From the sequence record SRR31156797_360: a stretch of 64,000 nt of DNA. One strand, 5' to 3'. The notes under the pieces were generated by a model. That model had not been told where the DNA came from and did no database searches. It worked only from the letters and a program-made list of their open reading frames with translations. A program made the translations under genes and the position numbers. Below are positions 39,051 through 47,989 of this stretch, in pieces; within the stretch, counting starts at the first letter, position 1, and every line of letters begins with the position of its first letter.

Positions 39051-41696
39051 ATGGACAGAACTCATTTTAGAAGTCATTTCGAATTCGGTGGAAAGGTTTA
39101 CGCATATTACGATCTTAAAAAAGTAGACGCTGCCGGCATTGCAGATATACAAAAACTCCCTTACTCAATCAGGGTGCTTTTAGAAAATGTTGTTCGGCAT
39201 TTTGACAATGATATAGTTAAAGAGGCTGATCTTAGAGAGGTTGGCGGATGGAAGAAGAGCTATGATTCACCTTATGAGATAGCTCACCATCCTGCGAGAG
39301 TCGTTATGCAGGACTTTACCGGAGTTCCGGGGGTTGTTGACCTCGCTGCTATGCGTGATGCACTTGCGGAGAAAGGTAAGGACGCTTCACTCATTAATCC
39401 TGTTGTACCTGTTGATCTTATAATCGACCATTCTGTTCAGGTGGACTACTACGGAACACCTGACTGCCTTGATCAAAACGTTGAGCTTGAATACAAGCGT
39501 AACTCTGAAAGATATTCACTTTTGAAGTGGGCTCAGGCGAGCTTCGATAACATGCGAATCGTTCCGCCAAGGTCCGGTATATGCCATCAGGTTAACCTCG
39601 AGTACCTCGGTCAGATAGTTCTTAAAACTGACATAGATGGTGAAGAGACTGCTATCTGCGATACTCTAGTCGGAACTGATTCACATACTACCATGATCAA
39701 TGCTATCGGCGTTATGGGCTGGGGCGTAGGCGGTATCGAGGCGGAGGCTGTTATGCTCGGTCAGCCTTATTACATGCCTATTCCAGAGGTTGTGGGGCTC
39801 AGGCTCACAGGTAAGATTGCCGAGGGTGTAACTGCCACAGATGTGGTGCTTACTATTACTGAGCTTCTGCGCAGACATAAGGTTGTCGAAAAATTCGTAG
39901 AGATTTACGGTCCTGGTCTTAAGTCACTTTCACTGACTGACAGAGGTACGATATCTAATATGTCGCCTGAATTCGGCTCGACTATGGGCTTCTTCCCGGT
40001 TGATGATGAGACTATCAGATATATGCGTGAGACAAACAGAGCTGAGCAGGCTCAATTCGTAGAGAATTATACAAAGATGAATATGCTCTATTACGATTAT
40101 GACAATGAGCCTGAGTATACATCCGTTCTTGAGCTTGACCTTGCAACTGTTAAGCCTTGTGTTGCTGGTCCTAAAAAACCTCAGCAGCATCTTCCGCTTG
40201 AAAACCTGAGAGCGGCATCAGTTGAGGAAGCTCCTGAAGCTAAATCTGTTAAGATAAAACTTGACGGCAAAGAGGTAGATTTCAAAGAGAGTGATGTTGT
40301 TATCGCAGCCATTACAAGCTGTACGAATACGTCAAACCCGTTTGTTATGATAGGCGCAGGTCTTGTTGCTAAAAAGGCTGTAGAGCTAGGTATGGAAGTT
40401 AACCCTATAGTTAAGACAAGCCTCGCACCAGGGTCCAAGGTTGTTACGGATTATCTGGCAGAATCAGGTGTTGATAAATACCTCGATAAGCTCGGGTTTA
40501 ACCTCGCAGCTTACGGCTGTACAACATGTATAGGTAACTCTGGTCCTCTCAAACCTGAAATTGATAAAGCTATCAGAGATAATAAAATGTCTGTGGCATC
40601 TGTACTTTCCGGTAACAGAAACTTCGAGGCTAGGGTTCACCCTATCATCAGACAGAACTATCTAGCATCCCCTATGCTGGTTGTGACCTACGCCCTTGCG
40701 GGAACAGTCGATATCGACCTCCACAAAGACCCGATTGGCAAAAGCAAAGATGGAAAAGATGTTTATATGAAAGACCTCTGGCCTTCAAATGATGAAGTTC
40801 AGGCACTTGTTGATAGATGTGTGACAAACGAGCAGTATGCAAACCGCTACGCTGAGATACTCGACGGAGACGAGCTTTGGCAGTCACTTCCGATTACTCA
40901 GTCAAGTATATACGACTGGATTCCTGATTCAACCTACATCAGACGTCCTCCATTCTTTGAAGGTTTTTCACTCGAGCCGGAAGGGATTAAGGACATTATA
41001 GGTGCGAGACCTCTCGCTATGCTTGGTGATACTGTAACAACTGACCACATCTCACCAGCCGGAGCTATCCCTGCTGAATACCCTGCCGGGCAATATCTAC
41101 AGGCGAACAATGTAGCTCCTGTTGACTTTAACTCTTACGGTTCAAGGCGTGGTAACCATGAAGTTATGATGCGTGGAACATTTGCTAACGTTCGTATTAA
41201 GAATAAACTTGCTGAGCCGAAAGAGGGCGGGCTTACTAAGCTTATGCCTGTCGGTGAAGAGTCATATATCTATGATGCAGCAATGAAGTATGCTGAGTCC
41301 GGTATTCCTGCTGTTGTTCTCGGCGGTAAAGAGTATGGCACTGGTTCTTCAAGGGACTGGGCAGCGAAGGGGACACTTCTTCTCGGGGTGAGAGCTGTTA
41401 TAGCTGAGAGCTTTGAGCGTATCCACAGAAGCAACCTCGCCGGAATGGGTATCCTGCCTCTTCAGTTTACAGGCGGAGACGGCTGGGCAAGCCTCGGTCT
41501 CGACGGAAGCGAAACTTTTGATATTAAAGGTGTAGCAAACGTATCTCCACGATGTACGCTAACTGTTACTGCTAAGAAGAAGGACGGAAGTAAAATTGAC
41601 TTTGATGTGCTTTGCAGGCTGGACACAAGCGTTGAGATAGAGTATTTTAAACACGGTGGAATTCTCGCTTATGTACTAAGAGGTATGGCTAATTAG
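39051..41696 (+). CDS. acnA: Aconitate hydratase A
   Basis: QDFTGVP, IDHSVQVD, GTDSHT, AITSCTNTSNP, GCTTCIGNSG, TTDHISPAG, YGTGSSRDWAAK. Confidence 0.97.
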   Translation: MDRTHFRSHFEFGGKVYAYYDLKKVDAAGIADIQKLPYSIRVLLENVVRHFDNDIVKEADLREVGGWKKSYDSPYEIAHHPARVVMQDFTGVPGVVDLAAMRDALAEKGKDASLINPVVPVDLIIDHSVQVDYYGTPDCLDQNVELEYKRNSERYSLLKWAQASFDNMRIVPPRSGICHQVNLEYLGQIVLKTDIDGEETAICDTLVGTDSHTTMINAIGVMGWGVGGIEAEAVMLGQPYYMPIPEVVGLRLTGKIAEGVTATDVVLTITELLRRHKVVEKFVEIYGPGLKSLSLTDRGTISNMSPEFGSTMGFFPVDDETIRYMRETNRAEQAQFVENYTKMNMLYYDYDNEPEYTSVLELDLATVKPCVAGPKKPQQHLPLENLRAASVEEAPEAKSVKIKLDGKEVDFKESDVVIAAITSCTNTSNPFVMIGAGLVAKKAVELGMEVNPIVKTSLAPGSKVVTDYLAESGVDKYLDKLGFNLAAYGCTTCIGNSGPLKPEIDKAIRDNKMSVASVLSGNRNFEARVHPIIRQNYLASPMLVVTYALAGTVDIDLHKDPIGKSKDGKDVYMKDLWPSNDEVQALVDRCVTNEQYANRYAEILDGDELWQSLPITQSSIYDWIPDSTYIRRPPFFEGFSLEPEGIKDIIGARPLAMLGDTVTTDHISPAGAIPAEYPAGQYLQANNVAPVDFNSYGSRRGNHEVMMRGTFANVRIKNKLAEPKEGGLTKLMPVGEESYIYDAAMKYAESGIPAVVLGGKEYGTGSSRDWAAKGTLLLGVRAVIAESFERIHRSNLAGMGILPLQFTGGDGWASLGLDGSETFDIKGVANVSPRCTLTVTAKKKDGSKIDFDVLCRLDTSVEIEYFKHGGILAYVLRGMAN

Positions 41697-41769
41697 ATTA
41701 GATACATATATAATAGTACATTAATGAAATTATAGGGCGTGAATTTTAAATAAAGCCGGAAGAGTATAT

Positions 41770-43599
41770 ATGCGTTTAATTGCTTATCTTGTTATTATAC
41801 TGGTATTTGAGTGCCTTATTTTCGGTGTTTTGAAATATGCTGAAAATTCTCGAATAGAAGGCTACCTGGATAACAAGAATGATATTTACGAATATAACTT
41901 TCAGGCTACTGTGTCGTCCTTCTCTCAAGTGTTTACTAATGTTATAAACAATAAATTGTCAGATAATGAGCCTCTTAATTATATTAAAAGTGCTTTAGAC
42001 AATCCCACCAACAGAGATAAGTACCGTAATTGGCTGCGTATATATACGCAGCCAACATTTGATAGCTTAAAATCTATCGGACTAACTCATATGCATTTTC
42101 ATTTTCCTGATGGCACAAGCTTTCTGCGGATGCATAAACCCTTCTCCTACGGCGATAGCCTAAGCGATTTCAGGAAAATAATATCTACTGTAAACAGTGA
42201 AAAGAAATATGTTGAAGGCTTTGAGAACGGCAGACACCTATTGGCCTATAGGTTTGTTTTTCCACTTGAGCTTAATGGCGAGCATATCGGCTCTATTGAG
42301 ATGGCTGTGAGCATACGTGGGCTTATTGAGAAGATGAACAGCATCTACAGCATTGCATATGCATATGTCTTAGAGAAAGATAAGATATTCAAAGGGTATA
42401 CTCTCGATACGATCAATAGCCTGAAGGGAGAGCACATATCACATAAGTATTTCATGGATAAGTGTGCAACATGTGAGCGGAAAGATCACCCTAACTGTAC
42501 TGCTGAAGAGATAGATGAGATCATTATAGATTCTGTTACCAACAGAAATGCAGAGAGGCTTGCAGGGTATGAGCAGTTTTCCGAAGTTTTTGTAAAGAAG
42601 TCAGACATACTTTTTTCTTATATTCCTGTTGTTGATGTTAATGGTACGGGGATGGGTTACATCATTGCCCACACGGTGGTTAAGGATTATCGGGACATAA
42701 AGGTTATATTTCAAATGATTTTTGTGTTTCTAAGCATCGGTGCGATATCGGTTATGACTATATTCGTAATTCAAGAGCAGAACAGACGTAAAATCCTTGC
42801 TATCAATAGTCAGCTCGAGAAAAAGGTGGATGAGAAGGTTAAAGAGCTTCAGGATAAAGAGCTTTTTCTTGCTCAGCAGTCTAAGATGGCGACAATGGGT
42901 GAGATGGTCGGATCTATTCTCCACCAGTGGAAACAGCCTATCAACAGTATTACCTTACTGTCAGATCTTCTCCTTTTCGATTGCGATAAAAAAACAAATA
43001 AAGAAGCGTATGAGCAGCTTACCAATATAAAAGAGCAGGCGCTTTTCATGAGTCAGACAGGGGATGACTTCAGGAATTTCATGCAGCCGAGTAAAGAGAA
43101 GACTGTGTTTAATATCGCTGAAGCTGTTGATGATGTCGTTAATCTTTTTGAATTTAATTTTAGTAAATACAGCATAGGGTTTGAGCGGGATTATGAGCTT
43201 GGGGTCAATGCGGATGCGAATATATTAGGTTATCCAAACGAGTTTAAGCATGTTCTGCTTAATTTCTTTAACAACTCAAGAGATGCTATTGTAGGTGAGA
43301 GAGAGAGAATGGTTAAGAACGATGAGGATGTTTCAGATTTTTCCGGTCTGATACTCGTTGAGATTTCAGTCGTAGACTTTACTGTTGTGATGAAAGTAAG
43401 CGATTCAGGTGGCGGGATACCTACTGATATTATTGATAAGGTGTTCGAGAAGGGGTTTAGCACTAAAGCTGATCAGGGCAGCGGGATCGGGCTTTTCATG
43501 AGCAAAGAGATGGTCGAGAAAACTATGCATGGCACAATCAGTGTTAGAAATATATTAGGTGGAACCGAATTTTGTCTCAAGTTTCCTGTTGTTGAATAG
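41770..43599 (+). CDS. Membrane sensor histidine kinase (Cache-type periplasmic domain)
   Basis: Two TMs, SFLRMHKP..YGDSL Cache motif, H-box LHQWKQP, N-box NFFNNSRDA, DSGGG, GSGIGLF. Confidence 0.92.
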   Translation: MRLIAYLVIILVFECLIFGVLKYAENSRIEGYLDNKNDIYEYNFQATVSSFSQVFTNVINNKLSDNEPLNYIKSALDNPTNRDKYRNWLRIYTQPTFDSLKSIGLTHMHFHFPDGTSFLRMHKPFSYGDSLSDFRKIISTVNSEKKYVEGFENGRHLLAYRFVFPLELNGEHIGSIEMAVSIRGLIEKMNSIYSIAYAYVLEKDKIFKGYTLDTINSLKGEHISHKYFMDKCATCERKDHPNCTAEEIDEIIIDSVTNRNAERLAGYEQFSEVFVKKSDILFSYIPVVDVNGTGMGYIIAHTVVKDYRDIKVIFQMIFVFLSIGAISVMTIFVIQEQNRRKILAINSQLEKKVDEKVKELQDKELFLAQQSKMATMGEMVGSILHQWKQPINSITLLSDLLLFDCDKKTNKEAYEQLTNIKEQALFMSQTGDDFRNFMQPSKEKTVFNIAEAVDDVVNLFEFNFSKYSIGFERDYELGVNADANILGYPNEFKHVLLNFFNNSRDAIVGERERMVKNDEDVSDFSGLILVEISVVDFTVVMKVSDSGGGIPTDIIDKVFEKGFSTKADQGSGIGLFMSKEMVEKTMHGTISVRNILGGTEFCLKFPVVE

Positions 43600-43650
43600 A
43601 ATTATTTTTCGTTTTCAATTTTCTAAGTTTTTTCAAAAAAAGTATCGGTT

Positions 43651-43692
43651 TTTGACGGCAGTCAAATAATTATTCCGGTTTACTGCTATATT
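43651..43692 (+). promoter_or_regulatory. Crp/Fnr-family (HcpR-type) site with extended -10 (class II promoter geometry)
   Basis: TTTGAC-GGCA-GTCAAA (43651-66) and TGcTATATT (43684-92); site centre about 41.5 bp upstream of the expected +1 near 43700. Confidence 0.7.
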
Positions 43693-43727
43693 TCCTATCA
43701 TAAGATGTACACAAATGGAGCAGATAA

Positions 43728-44930
43728 ATGATAAACGGAAACATAACAGTGCTTGAGCTTTCAGAGAAGCACCCAGATGCCTTTCAGCTTTTCGTAAGCA
43801 AAGGTTTTGATAATTTCAAAGACAGTGCGATGCTTAACAGCGCTGGTAAATTCCTTAAGCTGGAGACAGCAGTTAAACAGAAAAATTATGACATAGATAC
43901 CTTCCTCGGCTCACTTAATGAGATCGACTCAAACAATGATGCAAAAGTAGATATCACACTCAGAGAGTCAAAGAAAGATGGCGATATTACTATTAAAGGG
44001 CTTCTTCCTTGCCCTGTACGCCTCCCTCTCCTTGAGGGGATAGACGCATTTGCAGAGGGGATTACAGAGAAGACAGGTCTTAGCGTTGCTCATGAGCTTA
44101 TCGCTGCTTCTGGCGGTGAGGCTTGGCTAAAAGAGAATGTTGACGGAATCAAAGCAGAAGATGTGCCTGATGTATTTATATCAGCAGGTTTTGATGTCTT
44201 CTTCGACGAGCGCTCATTCGGCAAGCACGTAAAAGATGGTATGTTCAAAGATATGACAGGCAGAACCCACGCATACTTCAATGATTTTAAAGACCCTAAA
44301 GGGAACTACGGTATGGTGAGCGTTGTTCCTGCGGTTTTCATGGTAAATAAGGATGCACTTGAGGGTCGTGAGATTCCGAAAAGCTGGGCAGACCTTCTAT
44401 CCCCTGAGTTTGAAAAGTCTGTGTCACTCCCTGTTGGCGACTTCGACCTATTTAACGCACTTCTTGTTCATATACATAAGATGTTTGGCGATGAAGGTGT
44501 TAAAAAGCTTGCTGACAGTATGGTTCAGTCTATGCACCCGGCACAGATGATCAAAAACGCAGGACGCAAAAACGAAGCTAAACCTGCGGTAACTATCATG
44601 CCTTACTTCTTTACTAAGATGCTTTTCGGAAGCAAAACAGCAGAAGTTGTCTGGCCGGAAGAGGGGAGTATAGTGAGCCCGATTTTCATGCTTACTCGTA
44701 AAGATAGAGAGGAAGTGGCACAACCTGTCGCAGATTTCCTTTACAGTAAACAAGTTGGAGAGATTCTCTCTCACAGAGGACTTTTCCCTGCGCTCAACCC
44801 TGAAGTTGACAACAAGCTCCCTGAAGGAGCGAAATTTAACTGGGTTGGCTGGGACTATATATACAATACAGACATGGGCAAACTGCTCGAAGATCTGGAC
44901 AGGAAATTCAATGACGCTCTGGGAGTGTAA
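43728..44930 (+). CDS. DUF1858-like domain plus substrate-binding-protein fold, no signal peptide
   Basis: N-terminal 'ITVLELSEKHPDAFQLFVSKGF'; LPCPVR; SBP_bac_6-like PKSWADLLSPEF and VVWPEEG motifs; hydrophilic N-terminus. Confidence 0.8.
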   Translation: MINGNITVLELSEKHPDAFQLFVSKGFDNFKDSAMLNSAGKFLKLETAVKQKNYDIDTFLGSLNEIDSNNDAKVDITLRESKKDGDITIKGLLPCPVRLPLLEGIDAFAEGITEKTGLSVAHELIAASGGEAWLKENVDGIKAEDVPDVFISAGFDVFFDERSFGKHVKDGMFKDMTGRTHAYFNDFKDPKGNYGMVSVVPAVFMVNKDALEGREIPKSWADLLSPEFEKSVSLPVGDFDLFNALLVHIHKMFGDEGVKKLADSMVQSMHPAQMIKNAGRKNEAKPAVTIMPYFFTKMLFGSKTAEVVWPEEGSIVSPIFMLTRKDREEVAQPVADFLYSKQVGEILSHRGLFPALNPEVDNKLPEGAKFNWVGWDYIYNTDMGKLLEDLDRKFNDALGV

Positions 44931-45628
44931 TGATGAAATTTGTAACAGTTAGCGGACCGCCCTCATCGGGGAAAACATCGGTTATTCTTAAAACTATAGA
45001 GAGTTTAAAACAGCGTGGGCTTCAGTCCGGCGTGGTAAAATTTGACTGCTTATATACAGACGACGACAAGCTTTACGAGGCGAAAGGAATCCCAGTTAAA
45101 AAGGGTTTATCAGGTGCACTCTGCCCTGACCACTATTTTGTAAGCAATGTTTCCGAGAGCTTTGAGTGGGGTGAAAAGCAGGGAGTAGATATTCTCATCA
45201 GTGAGTCTGCAGGGCTTTGCAACAGATGTTCCCCGCACATCAAAGAGATCCTCGCTGTGTGCGTTATAGACAACCTCTCAGGTATTAACACACCTAAAAA
45301 GATAGGTCCTATGCTTAAGTCTGCTGATATTGTTATCATCACAAAAGGCGATATAGTGTCTCAGGCAGAGCGTGAAGTCTTCGCAGCAAGGGTTGCAGCG
45401 GTTAACCCGAAGGCGAGCATCATGCACGTAAACGGAATCACTGGTCAGGGGGCTTACGAGCTTTCGACACTTTTTGCAGACGAAAAGACAGAGACAGACA
45501 CTCTCGATGGCAAAAGCTTACGTTTTTCTATGCCGTCAGCACTCTGCTCATACTGCCTTGGCGAGAAGAGAATCGGTGCAAAATACCAGATGGGTAACGT
45601 AAGAAAAATGGATGTGGATAATGGATAA
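44930..45628 (+). CDS. HypB/UreG-like (G3E/SIMIBI) GTPase
   Basis: GPPSSGKT, LCPDH, ESAGLCNRC, TKGD (G4), C-terminal CSYC. Confidence 0.85.
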   Translation: MMKFVTVSGPPSSGKTSVILKTIESLKQRGLQSGVVKFDCLYTDDDKLYEAKGIPVKKGLSGALCPDHYFVSNVSESFEWGEKQGVDILISESAGLCNRCSPHIKEILAVCVIDNLSGINTPKKIGPMLKSADIVIITKGDIVSQAEREVFAARVAAVNPKASIMHVNGITGQGAYELSTLFADEKTETDTLDGKSLRFSMPSALCSYCLGEKRIGAKYQMGNVRKMDVDNG

Positions 45629-46613
45629 AGAGACACTGCTTAGCGCAGATTTTAAAGATATAATCGCAGAGATGCCCTTTGTGAAAGACTTTTTCGAGTC
45701 TCAAGGGCTGGAAGAACCGACAGGAAGTGTCGCTGAATTTGTGAATAATCTTTCCGAAGACACTATCGAGGATCTTGGTATAGAGCCAGCGGAATTTATC
45801 GATAATTTTGTCTCTTTTGTGGCTGCCGTAGGTTCGCTTTCGGAGAAGACATCTAAGATAGATAGTCTCCGTATTATAGGCGGGATAAACAAGAGCGGTG
45901 AAGCGGAGAATATAGATGTTGAGATCAAAGCCGGAGAGGTGATTTGTATCGTCGGTCCTACCGGTTCAGGTAAATCGAGGCTTCTCGCTGATATCGAATG
46001 GATGGCAATGGGCGACACACCAACCAAACGTCATATAAAGATAAACGGTAAGGATGCAGACAAGAGCTGGAGATTTTCTCCGGAGCACAAACCTGTAGCT
46101 CAGCTTTCTCAAAACATGAACTTTGTTATGGACTTATCAGCGAAAGAGTTTGTTATGATCCATGCTGAGAGCCGTTTTGTTCAAAACCCGGAAGAGAAGG
46201 TTGACCTCATCATAGAGAAGGCTAATGAGCTGGCTGGCGAGCAGTTCAGCGCTGATACTCCTGTAACAGCACTCTCAGGCGGTCAGTCACGTGCACTTAT
46301 GATAGCTGATACAGCCTTCCTTAGTAAGTCGCCTATCGTTCTCATTGATGAGATAGAGAATGCGGGTATCGACCGTAAGAAAGCACTTGAACTCCTTGTC
46401 GGCGAAGAGAAAATTGTACTCATGTCCACACACGACCCTATCCTTGCCCTTATGGGTGATAAGAGGCTTGTCATCAAAAACGGCGGTGTTTCAAAAATAA
46501 TTGAGACGTCTGATGGTGAGCGGGCTAATCTTGAGGAACTCCAGAAACTCGACCAAAAACTTCTCGACCTCAGAAATAGAATCAGAACTGGGCAGGTTTT
46601 AGATCAGATATGA
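45621..46613 (+). CDS. ABC-type ATPase with N-terminal extension
   Basis: GPTGSGKS, LSGGQ, LIDE, THD motifs; N-terminus resembles DUF1858; start ATG 45621. Confidence 0.88.
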   Translation: MDKETLLSADFKDIIAEMPFVKDFFESQGLEEPTGSVAEFVNNLSEDTIEDLGIEPAEFIDNFVSFVAAVGSLSEKTSKIDSLRIIGGINKSGEAENIDVEIKAGEVICIVGPTGSGKSRLLADIEWMAMGDTPTKRHIKINGKDADKSWRFSPEHKPVAQLSQNMNFVMDLSAKEFVMIHAESRFVQNPEEKVDLIIEKANELAGEQFSADTPVTALSGGQSRALMIADTAFLSKSPIVLIDEIENAGIDRKKALELLVGEEKIVLMSTHDPILALMGDKRLVIKNGGVSKIIETSDGERANLEELQKLDQKLLDLRNRIRTGQVLDQI

Positions 46614-46912
46614 AACGTGAAAAACGTATAAAAAGAGATAAAGAGGTGCTGGTGGCTTTTATCAGCACCTTTTGCAGAGAAAACCACAACGCACTCAAGG
46701 GTGAGCTGTGCTCCGAGTGCAGCGCACTTCTCGAATATTCGCTTAAGCGCACTGATAAATGCCCCCTCGACCCGAAACCGAGATGCAAAAAATGCCATGT
46801 CCACTGCTATAAGCCTGAGATGCGTGCTAAGATAAAAGAAGTGATGAAGTTCAGCGGTATTTATTCTTTAAAGAAGGGCAGGCTCGAATGGCTATATAAG
46901 TATTTCTTTTAA
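46610..46912 (+). CDS. YgbA (nitrous oxide-stimulated promoter family) Cys-rich protein
   Basis: FC...H...LCSEC..L..Y...R..KCP...KPRCKKCHVHCYKPEMRAKIKEVMKFSG family pattern. Confidence 0.85.
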   Translation: MKREKRIKRDKEVLVAFISTFCRENHNALKGELCSECSALLEYSLKRTDKCPLDPKPRCKKCHVHCYKPEMRAKIKEVMKFSGIYSLKKGRLEWLYKYFF

Positions 46913-46974
46913 CAGACCAGCACCAGCGAACTTACCCATAGCAAGTTCAAACCTGAGGTGCTATATTACCACCT

Positions 46975-47889
46975 ATGACAACACTCACACAGACCAAGGC
47001 TAAGTTTGATGCTCTTGGTGAAGAACTGAGAGGCGTACTCATCATGTTTGTCGCTGCTTTTTTCTTCTCATTAATGGGATTTTTCATCAAATTACTCAGC
47101 CTGCATCATACAACCTTTGAGATAGTGTTTTTCAGAAACATTGTAAGCTTTGCCCTGCTAGGTTCGACAATGCTATTTATCAAGCCTAAGAGTATCGGCG
47201 GTAAGCCTTTTCTTTTGGTGATGCGTGGTGTTTTTGGATTCTCAGCTATGTTCTGCTTCTTTTATTCTATAAGTGTTTTGCCTCTGGCGACAGCGTCTAC
47301 TTTTGTGAAAACAGCTCCGATATTTACAGCAATTTTCGCTGGCTATCTCCTCAAAGAGAAGACAGGTTTAAAAGTTTGGATGGCTATTCTTATAGGATTT
47401 GCAGGAGTGCTTCTTGTGCTTCGTTCTGCTCAGTCGATATCAACAGCCGGGGCGGTTGCCGGTCTCTGTGGCGGAGTGATAGCAGCTATGGCTTACACTT
47501 CTGTGCGTAATCTGGCTAAATACTACGATGCACGCACAATAGTTCTTTCATTTTCAACGGCGGGGCTTGTCGGTTCGACTATCTATTTCGTATATATGAT
47601 ATTTATCGGTGACGACAGATACACCTCAACTCAGTTTATCCCCACCGGAGAAGATATTTTTTATGTCATAATGGTTGGCGCACTCGCATCCATAGCTCAG
47701 TGGCTTATGTCTATCGCCTATAAGTATGGGAGAGCATCAGTTGTGAGCACAGTTAGTTATGTCGGTCTTATCTTTTCCACCGTATTCGGCTTTATGGCTG
47801 GTGACGGCTGGCCGGGTGTCATTTCTATATTTGGTATCATTCTAGTAGGTATGAGCGGAATAATGGTCGGTTTTTCCAAGAAAAATTAA
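46975..47889 (+). CDS. DMT/EamA-family transporter
   Basis: About ten TMs, EIVFFR, APIFTAIF..LLKE, IGFAGVLLVL. Confidence 0.9.
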   Translation: MTTLTQTKAKFDALGEELRGVLIMFVAAFFFSLMGFFIKLLSLHHTTFEIVFFRNIVSFALLGSTMLFIKPKSIGGKPFLLVMRGVFGFSAMFCFFYSISVLPLATASTFVKTAPIFTAIFAGYLLKEKTGLKVWMAILIGFAGVLLVLRSAQSISTAGAVAGLCGGVIAAMAYTSVRNLAKYYDARTIVLSFSTAGLVGSTIYFVYMIFIGDDRYTSTQFIPTGEDIFYVIMVGALASIAQWLMSIAYKYGRASVVSTVSYVGLIFSTVFGFMAGDGWPGVISIFGIILVGMSGIMVGFSKKN

Positions 47890-47910
47890 CGTTTCTTACA
47901 CCCCTTCAAC

Positions 47911-47938
47911 TTGACATGCCGTACTAATGGTTTACACT
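47911..47938 (+). promoter_or_regulatory. Putative sigma70 promoter of the nqr operon
   Basis: TTGACA-16bp-TACACT. Confidence 0.6.
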
Positions 47939-47989
47939 TTAATGAGAACCAATTTTCTGATTTATTTTCCCTTAAAAAATGGAGGGGCA

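Noticed and set aside
42463-42480. Heme-c binding site in the sensor kinase
   Set aside because: The motif is CATCE, not CxxCH; kept only as a possible metal/redox site.
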